From the NCBI GenBank assembly GCA_015233145.1, contig JADFYI010000006.1, positions 4,514 to 68,513 of the forward strand: 64,000 bases of DNA. Direction: 5' to 3'. Of this stretch, positions 46,244-56,520 are shown piece by piece. A program made the translations under genes and the position numbers. Under the pieces are notes generated by a model. That model did not search any database. It saw only the letters and a list, made by a program, of their open reading frames with translations, and was not told where the DNA came from. The stretch comes from Candidatus Omnitrophota bacterium. GTDB taxonomy: Bacteria > Omnitrophota > Gorgyraeia > Zapsychrales > Fredricksoniimonadaceae. Position 1 is the stretch's first letter. Each line of letters begins with the position of its first letter.

Positions 46244-47239
46244 TTAATAAACCCCATACCCGGTCATGATCCAGTGGATAATACGATCACCGCAAAAAAG
46301 GCTTACTAAAGCGCCGAGCACAAGATAGGGCCCGTAGGCAATGGCACTGTCTTTGGTGCGGATCTTTTCAACAATCCCGACAATGGCGCCAAAAAAAGGC
46401 GCCACAAAGAATGTCAAAATCGCAAGCTTCCATCCTAAAAAAGCCCCTATCATGGCCAAAAGCTTGACGTCTCCGCCGCCCATGGCCTCTTTTTTAAAAA
46501 TCCACTCCCCCACAACGCCCATGAAATAAATGGCGCCCCCGCCGATAAGCGCCCCCTGAACCGATGAGGCCAAAGAACGCGACCATGGCGCTGTTGCAGG
46601 AAAAGCCTGCGCCGCAAAAGAGGCTGCGAGCTGGACCACCACCAAAGCAAGGCACACGAGCACATAGCCGGCATCTTCTTTTTGAAATGGCGTCTTTTGA
46701 AGGAAAAAATACAAAAAATTAGCCGCAAGACAAAAAATAACAAAAATAAAAGTCACGGCCGCTGTGGGAATAAAGGCGCTCGGGTCAGCCGATGCGTGAA
46801 GCGCCGGGATGAGAAGACTCAGCGCAATCCCCGCAAACATCCCTCCGACGCTCACCTCATCAGGAATGATGCGGTGTTCAAAATCAACAAACGTTGCCAC
46901 AATAAAACCCGCGGTCATTAAAAGATACGGCAATAAAAGCCAGCTCAAACCATAATAAAGATAAAACCCCAGAAAGACACAACCTGTCAAAAACTCGACA
47001 AAGGCATAACGAACAGAAAACTTTGCCCCGCAATCGCGGCATTTTCCCCAAAGGATAAAATAACTTAGAATTGGAATATTATCGAACCATCGGACAGGTT
47101 TCCCGCATTTGACGCAATGGGAACCTGGAAAGACCACAGACTTTTCTTGAGGAAGGCGAACAATACAAACATTTAAAAAACTGCCAATGACCGCGCCGAG
47201 CATAAAAAATAAAGTGCCCCACAATATTTCAGGTTCCAT
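46244..47239 (-). CDS. pilD: prepilin peptidase (A24 family, PilD-like)
   Basis: The N-terminal Cys motif is CVKCGKPVRWFDNIPILSYFILWGKCRDCGAKF. The catalytic regions are IIPDEVS and GGGDVKLLAMIGAFLGW. Confidence 0.85.
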   Translation of the reverse strand: MEPEILWGTLFFMLGAVIGSFLNVCIVRLPQEKSVVFPGSHCVKCGKPVRWFDNIPILSYFILWGKCRDCGAKFSVRYAFVEFLTGCVFLGFYLYYGLSWLLLPYLLMTAGFIVATFVDFEHRIIPDEVSVGGMFAGIALSLLIPALHASADPSAFIPTAAVTFIFVIFCLAANFLYFFLQKTPFQKEDAGYVLVCLALVVVQLAASFAAQAFPATAPWSRSLASSVQGALIGGGAIYFMGVVGEWIFKKEAMGGGDVKLLAMIGAFLGWKLAILTFFVAPFFGAIVGIVEKIRTKDSAIAYGPYLVLGALVSLFCGDRIIHWIMTGYGVY

Positions 47240-47320
47240 TAAACCGTCCTCTCAAAGTGATGAATAATTATTTTTTATAACAGTCTGCTTGAAATTCTTT
47301 TTGACGCGGCCCCGTCAGCA

Positions 47321-48184
47321 TCAATGACTCTGACTGGCCTTTTCCAGTTCTTCCCACATGCGTTTTTTAATCTGATCTGAGAGCTGCACTTCCCCCCAAC
47401 GCTGAAATGCCAAAACGCCCTGGTAAAAAAGCATTTTAAGGCCATTGACCGCTTTTGCGCCTTTTTGCCTGGCCATCTTGAGGAGCGCCGTCTCCGACGG
47501 ATTATAAACAAGGTCATACACCATCATGTGCGCGTGCAAAAGTTCTTCACTGACCAGGGCCACATCTTCGGCCTTCATGCCCACAGGGGTGGCATTCACC
47601 AAAAGGTCGGCTATCTCAATATTCAAATCATCAATGCTGCTCACAATCTTGACAGGGCTTATATCCATGCGTTCCCCCAGGTCGCGAATAAGATGCGCGG
47701 CGCGCTCGGCATCAATATCATAAACCTTGATGCATTCCGGCTTCTCGGGTAAAAGGCAAAACGCGCTGATCAGCGCGCGCGAGGCACCCCCTGCGCCTAA
47801 AATAGCGATACGCTTGTCTTTGGGATTAAAACCGCATTCCGTCAGATGCGCCAAAAAACCAGGGCCATCGGTATTATAACCAATGAGCTTTCGCTTGTTC
47901 GTGATAACCACGGTATTGACAGCACCGACTTTCTCGGCAAAAGCGTCCAGGCTGTCCAGCAAGGGAATCACATTTTCCTTATGCGGCACTGTGACATTAA
48001 GCCCAAAAATAGGGCTATCCGGGCTTTTAAGATCGTCGAAAAAAGGTTTTAATTCTTCCTTTTTCATCGGAAAAAGCACATACACCGCCTCCACATCAAG
48101 TTCCTTGAAGGCGGTGTTGTGCATGACTGGCGACAAGCTGTGGCCCAGAGGATAACCCACAAGGCCGTATGTTGATTTTGTCAT
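47321..48184 (-). CDS. aroE: shikimate 5-dehydrogenase
   Basis: Motifs YGLVGYPLGHSLSPVMHN, NVTVPHK and NTDGPGF are present. The track start at 48208 is TTG inside leuA. The ATG at 48184 abuts the leuA stop. Confidence 0.88.
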   Translation of the reverse strand: MTKSTYGLVGYPLGHSLSPVMHNTAFKELDVEAVYVLFPMKKEELKPFFDDLKSPDSPIFGLNVTVPHKENVIPLLDSLDAFAEKVGAVNTVVITNKRKLIGYNTDGPGFLAHLTECGFNPKDKRIAILGAGGASRALISAFCLLPEKPECIKVYDIDAERAAHLIRDLGERMDISPVKIVSSIDDLNIEIADLLVNATPVGMKAEDVALVSEELLHAHMMVYDLVYNPSETALLKMARQKGAKAVNGLKMLFYQGVLAFQRWGEVQLSDQIKKRMWEELEKASQSH

Positions 48185-48185
48185 A

Positions 48186-49754
48186 TTAAGGTTGCAGGCC
48201 AAAATCAATGGCCTTTTCGCTTAACCTGGTTTTACTTTTCAATGCAGCGCACGTTTTATTAACAGCATTCAGGTACGCCTTGACAGAGGCTTCAATAACG
48301 TCGGTAGACATCCCGATGCCCATCGCCTTCTGGCCGTTAAAATTCACGCGCACACGCACCTCACCCTGGGCATCCTTGCCCTGGGTCACGGACTGAATGC
48401 CGTAATTGAGGAGCTTGCCTTTTAAGCCCGTGATCTCGTCAATGGCCACATAGCAGGCATCAATCGGACCATCTCCTGTGGCCTTTCTGACGTGGCTTTT
48501 GCCGCCAGACTTAAGCTTGACCTCAACTTCAGGCTTGATATGCGTTCCGCTTTTTACAGCCAGGCTTTCCAAAATCCAGATGTCCTTGACTTCCTTTTGG
48601 GTCTGATCTTCGACAATCGCAATCAAATCCTCGTCAAAAACTTCTTTCTTTTTATCGCAGAGGTCCTTGAACCGCTCAAACGCCTTTACGAGCTCTGCGT
48701 CATTGAGCTCAATGCCCAACTGCTTTAAACGCGCCTTCAGGGCATGGCGGCCGGAATGTTTCCCCAAAACCAGGCCTATCCCGGAAAACCCGACATCCTC
48801 GGGCCTCATAATTTCATATGTGGTCGGCTCCTTCAAGACACCATCCTGATGAATGCCTGATTCATGGCGAAATGCGTTAGCGCCAACAATCGCTTTGTTG
48901 GGCGCCACAGCAAACCCGGTAAACTTGCTCACCAGCCTTGACGTGCGGCTTATTTCCGTTGTCTTTATCCCCGTCGAACATCCAAAAAAGTCCTGGCGTG
49001 TGCGCAGAGCCATGACAATCTCTTCCATCGACGCATTCCCGGCGCGTTCTCCAATGCCGTTAATGGTGCACTCTACCTGACGGGCGCCGTTTTTCACTGC
49101 GGCCAGAGAATTGGCAACAGCCAGGCCCAAATCATTATGGCAATGAACAGAAATAATGGCCTTGTGAATATTGGGCACATTATTTCTGATGTCCACAATG
49201 AGCTTGCCATACTGCTCCGGCATGGCATACCCCACAGTGTCAGGAATATTAACAGTCCTTGCCCCGGCTTTAATCACTGCCTCCAAAACGCGATACAGGA
49301 AGTCTTTTTCTGAACGCGAGGCGTCTTCCGGCGAAAATTCGACATCCGCGCACAATTTTCGGGCCTGGGTCACAGAATCCACAGCCATTTGTACGATTTC
49401 ATCCGGAGTTTTCTTGAGCTTGTATTCCAAATGAATCTTGGATGTTGCTAAAAAAACATGGATCCTCGGATGTTTGGCTGACTTTAAGGCCTCGCCAGCC
49501 GCTTCAATGTCTTTCTTGATGGAACGTGCTAATCCAGCGACTGAGGAAGTTTTAATTTTCCTGGCAATCATCTGAACTGATTCAAAGTCGCCCTTGGAAA
49601 TCACAGGGAACCCGGCCTCAATAATATCAACGCCCATGCGTTCCAAAGCCAGCGCCACTTCCATTTTTTCGCGCTGGTTCATGCTTGCGCCCGGGGCCTG
49701 CTCCCCGTCCCGCAAGGTGGTATCAAAAATAATAACTTTATCTTGTTTTGACAT
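48186..49754 (-). CDS. leuA: 2-isopropylmalate synthase
   Basis: Motifs FDTTLRDGEQ, HCHNDLGLAVAN and GIGERAGNA are present, followed by a C-terminal LeuA dimerisation/regulatory domain. Confidence 0.92.
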   Translation of the reverse strand: MSKQDKVIIFDTTLRDGEQAPGASMNQREKMEVALALERMGVDIIEAGFPVISKGDFESVQMIARKIKTSSVAGLARSIKKDIEAAGEALKSAKHPRIHVFLATSKIHLEYKLKKTPDEIVQMAVDSVTQARKLCADVEFSPEDASRSEKDFLYRVLEAVIKAGARTVNIPDTVGYAMPEQYGKLIVDIRNNVPNIHKAIISVHCHNDLGLAVANSLAAVKNGARQVECTINGIGERAGNASMEEIVMALRTRQDFFGCSTGIKTTEISRTSRLVSKFTGFAVAPNKAIVGANAFRHESGIHQDGVLKEPTTYEIMRPEDVGFSGIGLVLGKHSGRHALKARLKQLGIELNDAELVKAFERFKDLCDKKKEVFDEDLIAIVEDQTQKEVKDIWILESLAVKSGTHIKPEVEVKLKSGGKSHVRKATGDGPIDACYVAIDEITGLKGKLLNYGIQSVTQGKDAQGEVRVRVNFNGQKAMGIGMSTDVIEASVKAYLNAVNKTCAALKSKTRLSEKAIDFGLQP

Positions 49755-49859
49755 ATTTATCTCTTTCTTTATAAAGATACTTTTACTCCTAAAACTTAAG
49801 GACCCTGTTAGAGTCCCAGGTAACTTTAAGAGTAATTTCGTAATAATCCTTATGAAATT

Positions 49860-49888
49860 AAAAACGCGCTGTAAAAAGCGCGTTTTTT
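49860..49888 (-). terminator. intrinsic terminator downstream of ilvC (palindromic, potentially bidirectional)
   Basis: The arms aaaaacgcgct / agcgcgttttt form an 11-bp stem around the loop gtaaaa. T-runs are present on both strands. Confidence 0.65.
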
Positions 49889-49909
49889 AATCGTCACATA
49901 TCTTGAATA

Positions 49910-50902
49910 TTACTTTTTTATCCAAGACATCATAGAACGCAACTCTTTACCAACTTTTTCAATTCCGTGTTGAGCCTGCTCCTCGCGCATCTTGGTAAAA
50001 CCAACGCGTCCGGTCTTATTCTCCTTCATCCACTCACGGGCAAACTTCCCGGACTGAATTTCTTTGAGTATTTTCTGCATTTCCTTTTTGGTGCGATCGT
50101 TCACGATGCGCTTGCCGCGGGTGTAATCGCCGTATTCTGCGGTATCGGAAACACGTTTGCGCATTCCCGCAATACCTTCCTCATAAATAATATCAACGAT
50201 AAGTTTTAGCTCATGAAGGCATTCAAAATAAGCCATTTCAGGAGCGTACCCCGCGTTCACGAGCGTTTCAAAACCAGCCTTGACCAAAGCGCTCGTGCCG
50301 CCGCACAGAACAACCTGCTCGCCAAAAAGGTCGGTCTCTGTTTCTTCTTTAAATGTAGTTTCAAAAACCCCGGCGCGCGACCCGCCTAGGCCTTTGGCAT
50401 ACGCCAGGGCTTCTTTAAGCGCATGGCCCGAAGCATTTTGATGAATGGCCACCAGACAGGGGACGCCCTTACCTTCTTCATACTGGCGGCGGACAAACGA
50501 ACCCGGGCCCTTGGGCGCCACCATCCAGACATCAATGTCTGCCGGAGGCTTGATCTGCCCGAAGTGAATATTAAAGCCATGAGAAAACACCAAAGCCTTT
50601 CCCGGCTTCATATAACGACGCAACTGCTTTTTATAAATCTCGGCCTGTAAATGATCCTGGGTCAAAATCACAATGACATCGGCTTTTTTGGCTGCTTCAC
50701 CGGCATCCATGGGCTTAAAACCATCGTCAATAGCCTTCTGGTAATTAGGCCCACCCTCGCGCTGCCCGATAATCACATTAAGCCCGCTATCGCGCAAATT
50801 AAGAGCCTGTCCACGCCCCTGAATACCATAACCGATAATGGCAATGGTTTTATTTTTCAACACATTCAAATCCGCGTCTTTGTCGTAGTAAATCTTAGCC
50901 AT
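49910..50902 (-). CDS. ilvC: ketol-acid reductoisomerase (class I)
   Basis: Motif [19 protein letters not shown] is present and the protein is 330 aa. Confidence 0.93.
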   Translation of the reverse strand: MAKIYYDKDADLNVLKNKTIAIIGYGIQGRGQALNLRDSGLNVIIGQREGGPNYQKAIDDGFKPMDAGEAAKKADVIVILTQDHLQAEIYKKQLRRYMKPGKALVFSHGFNIHFGQIKPPADIDVWMVAPKGPGSFVRRQYEEGKGVPCLVAIHQNASGHALKEALAYAKGLGGSRAGVFETTFKEETETDLFGEQVVLCGGTSALVKAGFETLVNAGYAPEMAYFECLHELKLIVDIIYEEGIAGMRKRVSDTAEYGDYTRGKRIVNDRTKKEMQKILKEIQSGKFAREWMKENKTGRVGFTKMREEQAQHGIEKVGKELRSMMSWIKK

Positions 50903-50960
50903 TTCTTCCTTCCTTAATTAATAATAAAAAACGAATTAAAAAAACCTCGTGGAACCCGAC

Positions 50961-51050
50961 GATCCTCAGCCTTTCAGGCTTGAGGATGAATCTTCGGGTA
51001 TGGAAACCTTTAGCTTGCCCGAAGATCCTCAGCCCTCCGGGCTTGAGGAT
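50961..51050. repeat. two 27-nt hairpin repeats with identical arms flanking a third hairpin (ahcY-ilvC intergenic region)
   Basis: The copies are 50961-50987 gatcctcagcc-tttca-ggcttgaggat and 51024-51050 gatcctcagcc-ctccg-ggcttgaggat. The middle stem pairs atcttcggg (50990-98) with cccgaagat (51018-26). Confidence 0.7.
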
Positions 51051-51091
51051 TAACAAGTATATTTCAAAAAAGGGCTCTGGTCAACTTTCTC

Positions 51092-52501
51092 TCAATATCT
51101 ATAATGATCCGGCTTATAGGGCCCTTGCGCCGGCACCCCAATATACTTCGCCTGTTTGGCTGAAAGCCTGGTCAGCTTGACACCCACATTTTCAAGATGA
51201 AGCCGTGCAACCTCTTCATCCAAACTCTTAGGCAAACGATAAACGCCAACCTCATATTTCTTCTGCCAAAGTTCCAGCTGGGCAAGGGTTTGGTTCGTAA
51301 AAGAATTCGACATCACAAACGAAGGATGCCCTGTCGCACAGCCTAAATTAACCAAACGGCCTTCTGCCAAAAGAATAATGCAATGCCCGTCAGGAAAAAT
51401 ATATTTATCAACCTGCGGCTTGATATTCAGGCGCTTGATGCCAGGCCACGTCATAAGGTCGTTGACACCGATTTCATTATCAAAATGCCCGATATTACAG
51501 ACAATCGCATGATCTTTCATTTTGGACATATGCTGAGCTGTAATAATGTCGCAATTTCCCGTCGCTGTCACAAACACGTTGGCCTCAGGCAAGGCATCCT
51601 CAACAGTTTTTACTTCAAACCCTTCCATCGCGGCCTGAAGCGCGCAAATGGGATCAATTTCTGTCACAATGACGCGCGCGCCGTAATAACGCAAAGAATG
51701 GGCACAGCCCTTGCCCACATCGCCGTAACCGCAAACCACAGCCACTTTTCCGGCCAGCATAATATCCGTGGCGCGCTTGATGCCGTCAGCCAGAGACTCA
51801 CGGCAGCCGTAAAGATTGTCAAACTTTGACTTTGTTACAGAATCATTCACGTTAAACGCAGGAAAAAGGAGTTTTCCTTCCTTCTGCATCTGGTAAAGCC
51901 GATGAACGCCGGTGGTTGTTTCTTCAGAAACACCTTTAATCTTTGGCGTAATCCCGTGCCAGAGTTTGGAATTTTCTTTAAGCGTTTTCTTTAAACACGC
52001 CAAAAGTTGTTTTTCATCTTCCCCATCAGCCTTGCGGTCAAGGAGCTTCGGGTTCTTTTCTGCGGCAAACCCCAGATGAACCATCATGGTGGCATCGCCG
52101 CCGTCATCCACAATCAAATCAGGCCCTTTTCCTCCTGGAAATACCAAAGCCTTTTTTGTACACCACCAATATTCCTCAAGCGTCTCTCCCTTCCAGGCAA
52201 AAACCGGAACGCCAAAATCAGCAATGGCCGCCGCTGCCTGGTCCTGGGTTGAGAAAATATTGCAGCTCGCCCAGCGGACATCCGCCCCCAGATAAACCAG
52301 GGTCTTTATAAGCACTGCGGTTTCAATAGTCATGTGCAAAGAACCCATGATGCGAGCACCCTTTAAAGGCTTTTTCGAGCCATACTTGCGGCGAAGAGAC
52401 ATAAGCCCCGGCATTTCTTTCTCGGCCATGGCAATTTCTTTATGGCCAAGGCCTGCGAGGGCAATGTCTTTCACTTTATATTCTTGAGCAGCCATGAACA
52501 A
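51092..52501 (-). CDS. ahcY: adenosylhomocysteinase
   Basis: Motifs [22 protein letters not shown] and [28 protein letters not shown] are present. Confidence 0.93.
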   Translation of the reverse strand: MFMAAQEYKVKDIALAGLGHKEIAMAEKEMPGLMSLRRKYGSKKPLKGARIMGSLHMTIETAVLIKTLVYLGADVRWASCNIFSTQDQAAAAIADFGVPVFAWKGETLEEYWWCTKKALVFPGGKGPDLIVDDGGDATMMVHLGFAAEKNPKLLDRKADGEDEKQLLACLKKTLKENSKLWHGITPKIKGVSEETTTGVHRLYQMQKEGKLLFPAFNVNDSVTKSKFDNLYGCRESLADGIKRATDIMLAGKVAVVCGYGDVGKGCAHSLRYYGARVIVTEIDPICALQAAMEGFEVKTVEDALPEANVFVTATGNCDIITAQHMSKMKDHAIVCNIGHFDNEIGVNDLMTWPGIKRLNIKPQVDKYIFPDGHCIILLAEGRLVNLGCATGHPSFVMSNSFTNQTLAQLELWQKKYEVGVYRLPKSLDEEVARLHLENVGVKLTRLSAKQAKYIGVPAQGPYKPDHYRY

Positions 52502-52524
52502 TATCCTTATTTTTTAATTATCTT

Positions 52525-53682
52525 TTAAATTCCAGCGTCTTTCTTAAGCTTTGAGGCCATATCAGCCTTTTCCCAGCGGAACGCCGGGTTGCCAAAATGC
52601 CCATACGCTGCCGTGCGGCGGAAAACCGGCTTTCTTAAATCAAGCTTCTTGATGATTCCGGCCGGCGTCAGGTCGAAATTTTTGCGGACAATTTCAACAA
52701 TTTTCTGTTCTGGAATTTTCCCGGTGCCGAAAGTGTCAATAAAGATACTCAACGGCTCAGCCTCGCCGATAACGTAGCTCAGCTGGATCAGACATTTGTC
52801 GGCAATGCCGGCCGCCACGATGTTCTTTGTAATGTAACGCGACATATACGCGGCAGAACGGTCGACCTTGGTCGGATCTTTTCCTGAAAAAGCCCCGCCG
52901 CCGTGAGGAACAATACCACCATAGGTATCCACGATAATCTTACGGCCAGTAACCCCGGTATCAGACTGCGGGCCGCCCACGACAAACTTTCCGGTCTGAT
53001 TAATATAAAATTTTGTCTTCTTATCAATCAGTTTCCCGACAATCGGCATGGCCACAATCTTGACGATCTCAGCACGTGACTTATCCGTAATTTTCTTCTT
53101 GGTCTTATCGAGAATCTTCTCGGTGTGCTGGCACGCCAAGACAACCGTGTCAATGCGCTTCGGCTGCCCATCAACGTATTCCACAGTCACCTGGCTTTTG
53201 CAGTCAGGCCCGAGATAATCGAGAATTTTCTTATTTCTGACTTCTTCCACGCGCTTGACAAGCTTATGCGCAAGCGTGATGGGAAGCGGCATCAGTTCCT
53301 TTGTTTCATTGGTAGCATAGCCGTACATAATACCCTGATCCCCTGCGCCGCCCGCATCAACACCCTGGGAAATATCAGGAGACTGACGGTTGATAGCGTT
53401 CAAAATCGCGCAAGTGGCGGCATCAAAACCATAAATCTGGTTGGTATAGCCGATATCTGTCAAAACGCCGCGGACAAGCTTATGCACGTCAACGTATGTG
53501 GAAGTCGTGATTTCTCCACCCACAATAACAAGGCCGGCGCTGATAAACGTTTCGCAAGCCACGCGCCCCTTGGGGTCGTCTTTTAAAACCGCGTCCAAAA
53601 CTCCATCTGAAATCTGGTCGCAAACCTTATCCGGATGCCCGTTACCCACTGATTCTGATGTGATAAAATAATTGCCTTTCAC
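52525..53682 (-). CDS. metK: S-adenosylmethionine synthetase
   Basis: Motifs [24 protein letters not shown] and [16 protein letters not shown] are present. Confidence 0.93.
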   Translation of the reverse strand: MKGNYFITSESVGNGHPDKVCDQISDGVLDAVLKDDPKGRVACETFISAGLVIVGGEITTSTYVDVHKLVRGVLTDIGYTNQIYGFDAATCAILNAINRQSPDISQGVDAGGAGDQGIMYGYATNETKELMPLPITLAHKLVKRVEEVRNKKILDYLGPDCKSQVTVEYVDGQPKRIDTVVLACQHTEKILDKTKKKITDKSRAEIVKIVAMPIVGKLIDKKTKFYINQTGKFVVGGPQSDTGVTGRKIIVDTYGGIVPHGGGAFSGKDPTKVDRSAAYMSRYITKNIVAAGIADKCLIQLSYVIGEAEPLSIFIDTFGTGKIPEQKIVEIVRKNFDLTPAGIIKKLDLRKPVFRRTAAYGHFGNPAFRWEKADMASKLKKDAGI

Positions 53683-53718
53683 GTCGTCCTGCCTTTCCTT
53701 GAGTTATCAATAGAAATT

Positions 53719-54459
53719 TTATTCTGAAAAATTGTTTTGAGCTTCATTGTAAGATTCAAGACTGCCGATATCATACCATTTCCCGGAAAACTTAAAACCA
53801 TAAACAGAAAACTTTTTATAAAGCCACTGGATATAACCGCCCGTGGTGTCCATGGCATGCGTTTCATCAATAAACTGGCGAACGAGCGGCAGTGACGCCT
53901 TGGGCAAGAAATAAAGGCACATGGAAATCAGGCTGGATTTTGGATTTTTAGGCTTTTCTTCAAGAGAAATTATTTTCCCACCCTGATCAAGGGCCATAAC
54001 GCCATACTTTGAGGCTGAGGAAATATCCTTAATATCATAGGCCCCCACTGTCACCGCTTTTTCTTTTGTCCTGGCAAACTCAATAAAATTCTTAACTCCG
54101 CCGTCAAACAAGTTATCGCTTCCGGCAATAACCCAGTCCGTAGCCGCCTTTTCCTTATCAAGCACAAAGAGAATGTCGCCAATAGCGCCCAGCCTCTCTT
54201 CAGGAGTGCGGGTTCCATCATTAATAACGCGTATAGAAAAAGGCAACCCCGCGTGTTTTTGGGACCACTGTGTCAAATGACCTGAAAACTTGTCGTTGGT
54301 CACAACAACGACCTCTTCAATGCCCTGGATTGACTCAAATTTATTTAAAATATAATCGATGAGCGGCTTTTGCTTGACCTCAAGAAGCGCCTTGGGGGTG
54401 TCTTTAATGATGGGATATAACCGGGTGCCGTAGCCTCCGGCGAGAATTAGGACTTTCAT
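53719..54459 (-). CDS. sugar-phosphate nucleotidyltransferase (NTP_transferase fold)
   Basis: The N-terminus is MKVLILAGGYGTRLYPI and the protein is 246 aa. The substrate cannot be assigned from sequence alone. Confidence 0.8.
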   Translation of the reverse strand: MKVLILAGGYGTRLYPIIKDTPKALLEVKQKPLIDYILNKFESIQGIEEVVVVTNDKFSGHLTQWSQKHAGLPFSIRVINDGTRTPEERLGAIGDILFVLDKEKAATDWVIAGSDNLFDGGVKNFIEFARTKEKAVTVGAYDIKDISSASKYGVMALDQGGKIISLEEKPKNPKSSLISMCLYFLPKASLPLVRQFIDETHAMDTTGGYIQWLYKKFSVYGFKFSGKWYDIGSLESYNEAQNNFSE

Positions 54460-54471
54460 GAGTATCAGGAA

Positions 54472-56304
54472 TTATTTATTTTGAGCATCATACATGTAAA
54501 AATCAGGAACAATCTTTTTTATCTCTGTCACCATAAAATCAACGACTTCATGGCCCGTGGAAAGCTTCAAGGCCTGCCTGGCCAATTCTTCAACATCAGA
54601 AAATTTCAAGCTTCGCACCGCCCTTTTGATCCGCGGGATAGTTGTCGGCGACATGCTGAAAGAATCCACCCCCAGGCCCAAAAGGACAATGGCCAAAGTC
54701 AGGTCGCCCGCCATCTCACCGCAAACACTCACCTTGATCCCGGCGTCGTGGGCGGCATTCACGGTCCGGCGGATAAGCCTCAAGACCGCAGGATGGCCCG
54801 GTTCATAAAACTGCGCCATCTTTTCATTCGCGCGGTCAACCGCCAGCGTATATTGGATCAAATCGTTTGTGCCGATGGAAAAGAAATTCACTTCCTGGGC
54901 CAAAAGGTCTGCGGTCATGGCAGCCCCTGGAACCTCAATCATGACGCCCACAGGCATATTTTCATTAAACGGCACCCCTTTATCGCGCAAGCGCTTCTTA
55001 ACATCCGCCAAAACAGCATTCGCGGCACGGAGCTCCCCCGGGCCTGCGATCATGGGATACATCATGCCCACATTGCCATGGGATGAGGCGCGTAAAATCG
55101 CACGCAGCTGCGTGCGGAAAATTTCCTGTTCCTCAAGGCATAAGCGGATCGCGCGAGACCCTAAAAACGGCGTCATTTCCTTAGGAAGCTGGATACTCGA
55201 AAGAAATTTATCGCCGCCCAAATCCAGTGTCCGAATAATCACAGGATGGGGATTCATTTCCTCAGCGATCTTGCGGTAAGCCTGATACTGCTCTTCTTCC
55301 GATGGCAAATCAAGGCGGTTCATATAGAAAAATTCGGTGCGGTAAAGCCCGATGCCCTCAGCGCCCTGCCTTTTGACGGCCGGCAATTCACCATGAATTT
55401 CAAAATTGGCCAAAAGAGACACCCGGCGGCCATCGATTGTTTCCCCCGGGGCATCCTTGATATTGCTGAACGACCCTTCCACCTCGGCTAGTTTATCTTT
55501 TTCCTTGAGATAAAGATGCTTGGTTTCTTCCGAGGGATGGAGAATGACAAAACCCTTGCGGCCATCAATAATAATATAATCGCCATTACTGATATGAAGC
55601 GTTGCGTCTTTCAGGCCCAAAACAGCCGGGACGCCCAAAGATTTGGCAATAATCGCGGTGTGCGCTGTCTGGCCTCCGATATCTGTCAAAAAGCCAAGAA
55701 TCTTTTTGTTATACATGCTGACGGCATCCGAAGGAGAGATGTCGTGGGCCACGATAACAATATCATCTGTAAAACTGTCAAAATCATGGACCCGCGACTC
55801 TCCCATAAGATGCTTAAGGACACGGCGGCCTATGTCAGAAACGTCACTGGAACGTTCCTTAATATACTCATCCTGGATATTTTGAAAAATCTCAATATAA
55901 CGTTTAAGGACCAAAGAAAAAGTGTGCTCGGCGCTAAATTTCCATGTTTTAATGCGCTTGATAACCTCATCAATGAGCATGCAGTCTTCCAAGACCAAAA
56001 GGTGCGCATCAAAAATCTGGGCGTCCTTGGTACCGGCCTCTTTGGAAATCTTGTCCCTGATCGTAAGGATCTCGGATTTTGTGTGCGACACGGCCTCCTC
56101 GAAACGGGCAATCTCGACAGGAACTTCCTCATCGAGAATGCTGCGCTCAGGAACAATAAAATCCGGCTGATCCATAAGGAAGGCCTGCCCCGCCGCGATT
56201 CCCGGAGCTGCCGCAATCCCTTTAAGGACAATCTCTTCTCTAGTGTTCTTCTTTGCCAAGGAAATTCTCCAATTCCTGAAAAACTTTTTCGGCATCAACT
56301 CCAT
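54472..56304 (-). CDS. ptsI: phosphoenolpyruvate-protein phosphotransferase (PTS enzyme I)
   Basis: The phospho-His region is GGQTAHTAIIAKSLGVPAV and a PEP-utilising C-domain follows (FFSIGTNDLIQY, CGEMAGD). The start is uncertain. The ATG at 56304 overlaps ptsH by 65 nt. An in-frame TTG at 56259 preceded by GGAG is an alternative. Confidence 0.9.
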   Translation of the reverse strand: MELMPKKFFRNWRISLAKKNTREEIVLKGIAAAPGIAAGQAFLMDQPDFIVPERSILDEEVPVEIARFEEAVSHTKSEILTIRDKISKEAGTKDAQIFDAHLLVLEDCMLIDEVIKRIKTWKFSAEHTFSLVLKRYIEIFQNIQDEYIKERSSDVSDIGRRVLKHLMGESRVHDFDSFTDDIVIVAHDISPSDAVSMYNKKILGFLTDIGGQTAHTAIIAKSLGVPAVLGLKDATLHISNGDYIIIDGRKGFVILHPSEETKHLYLKEKDKLAEVEGSFSNIKDAPGETIDGRRVSLLANFEIHGELPAVKRQGAEGIGLYRTEFFYMNRLDLPSEEEQYQAYRKIAEEMNPHPVIIRTLDLGGDKFLSSIQLPKEMTPFLGSRAIRLCLEEQEIFRTQLRAILRASSHGNVGMMYPMIAGPGELRAANAVLADVKKRLRDKGVPFNENMPVGVMIEVPGAAMTADLLAQEVNFFSIGTNDLIQYTLAVDRANEKMAQFYEPGHPAVLRLIRRTVNAAHDAGIKVSVCGEMAGDLTLAIVLLGLGVDSFSMSPTTIPRIKRAVRSLKFSDVEELARQALKLSTGHEVVDFMVTEIKKIVPDFYMYDAQNK

Positions 56305-56506
56305 CCGCGATCAAAACCACTTCAGATTCCTTATCAGCTCCAAGCATCAGGATCCCCATAATAGACTTGCCATTGACTTCCTCTTCGCCACGGCGGACAA
56401 AAACCTCGGCGCTGTAGCGGTTGGCAATCTGCACAAACATCGCCGCCGGCCTGGCATGAAGGCCCTGCTTGCTTTTTACAACCACTTTTTTTTCAATTCT
56501 GGGCAT
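56240..56506 (-). CDS. ptsH: phosphocarrier protein HPr/NPr
   Basis: The His-15 context is GLHARPAA and the Ser-46 context is GKSIMGI. The protein is 88 aa. Confidence 0.9.
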   Translation of the reverse strand: MPRIEKKVVVKSKQGLHARPAAMFVQIANRYSAEVFVRRGEEEVNGKSIMGILMLGADKESEVVLIADGVDAEKVFQELENFLGKEEH

Positions 56507-56520
56507 ATGTCACAAATTCT

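Noticed and set aside
46244-47239. PilD as the processing peptidase of the 8-15 kb fibre-like locus.
   Set aside because: The candidate subunits have ordinary Sec/AxA signal peptides. They lack the class III prepilin G|(F/M)xxxE motif, so they are not prepilin peptidase substrates.
50961-51050. The repeated 27-nt units as a mini CRISPR array.
   Set aside because: There are only two copies. The units are themselves palindromic hairpins, the 36-nt spacer is itself a hairpin, and no cas genes are in the window.
55516-56361. 281-aa plus-strand ORF, the longest of several long antisense ORFs. The others are 30877-31665 (262 aa), 61073-61795 (240 aa), 34821-35540 (239 aa), 43659-44366 (235 aa), 54481-55086 (201 aa), and 332-901 / 634-1020.
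   Set aside because: Each lies fully antisense to a minus-strand gene with unmistakable family motifs (ptsI, GT4-GT9/LpxL, rpsB, waaA, fba, PFOR). Their translations are low-complexity (R/H/N/F/K-rich) with no motifs or SD. They are classic shadow ORFs.
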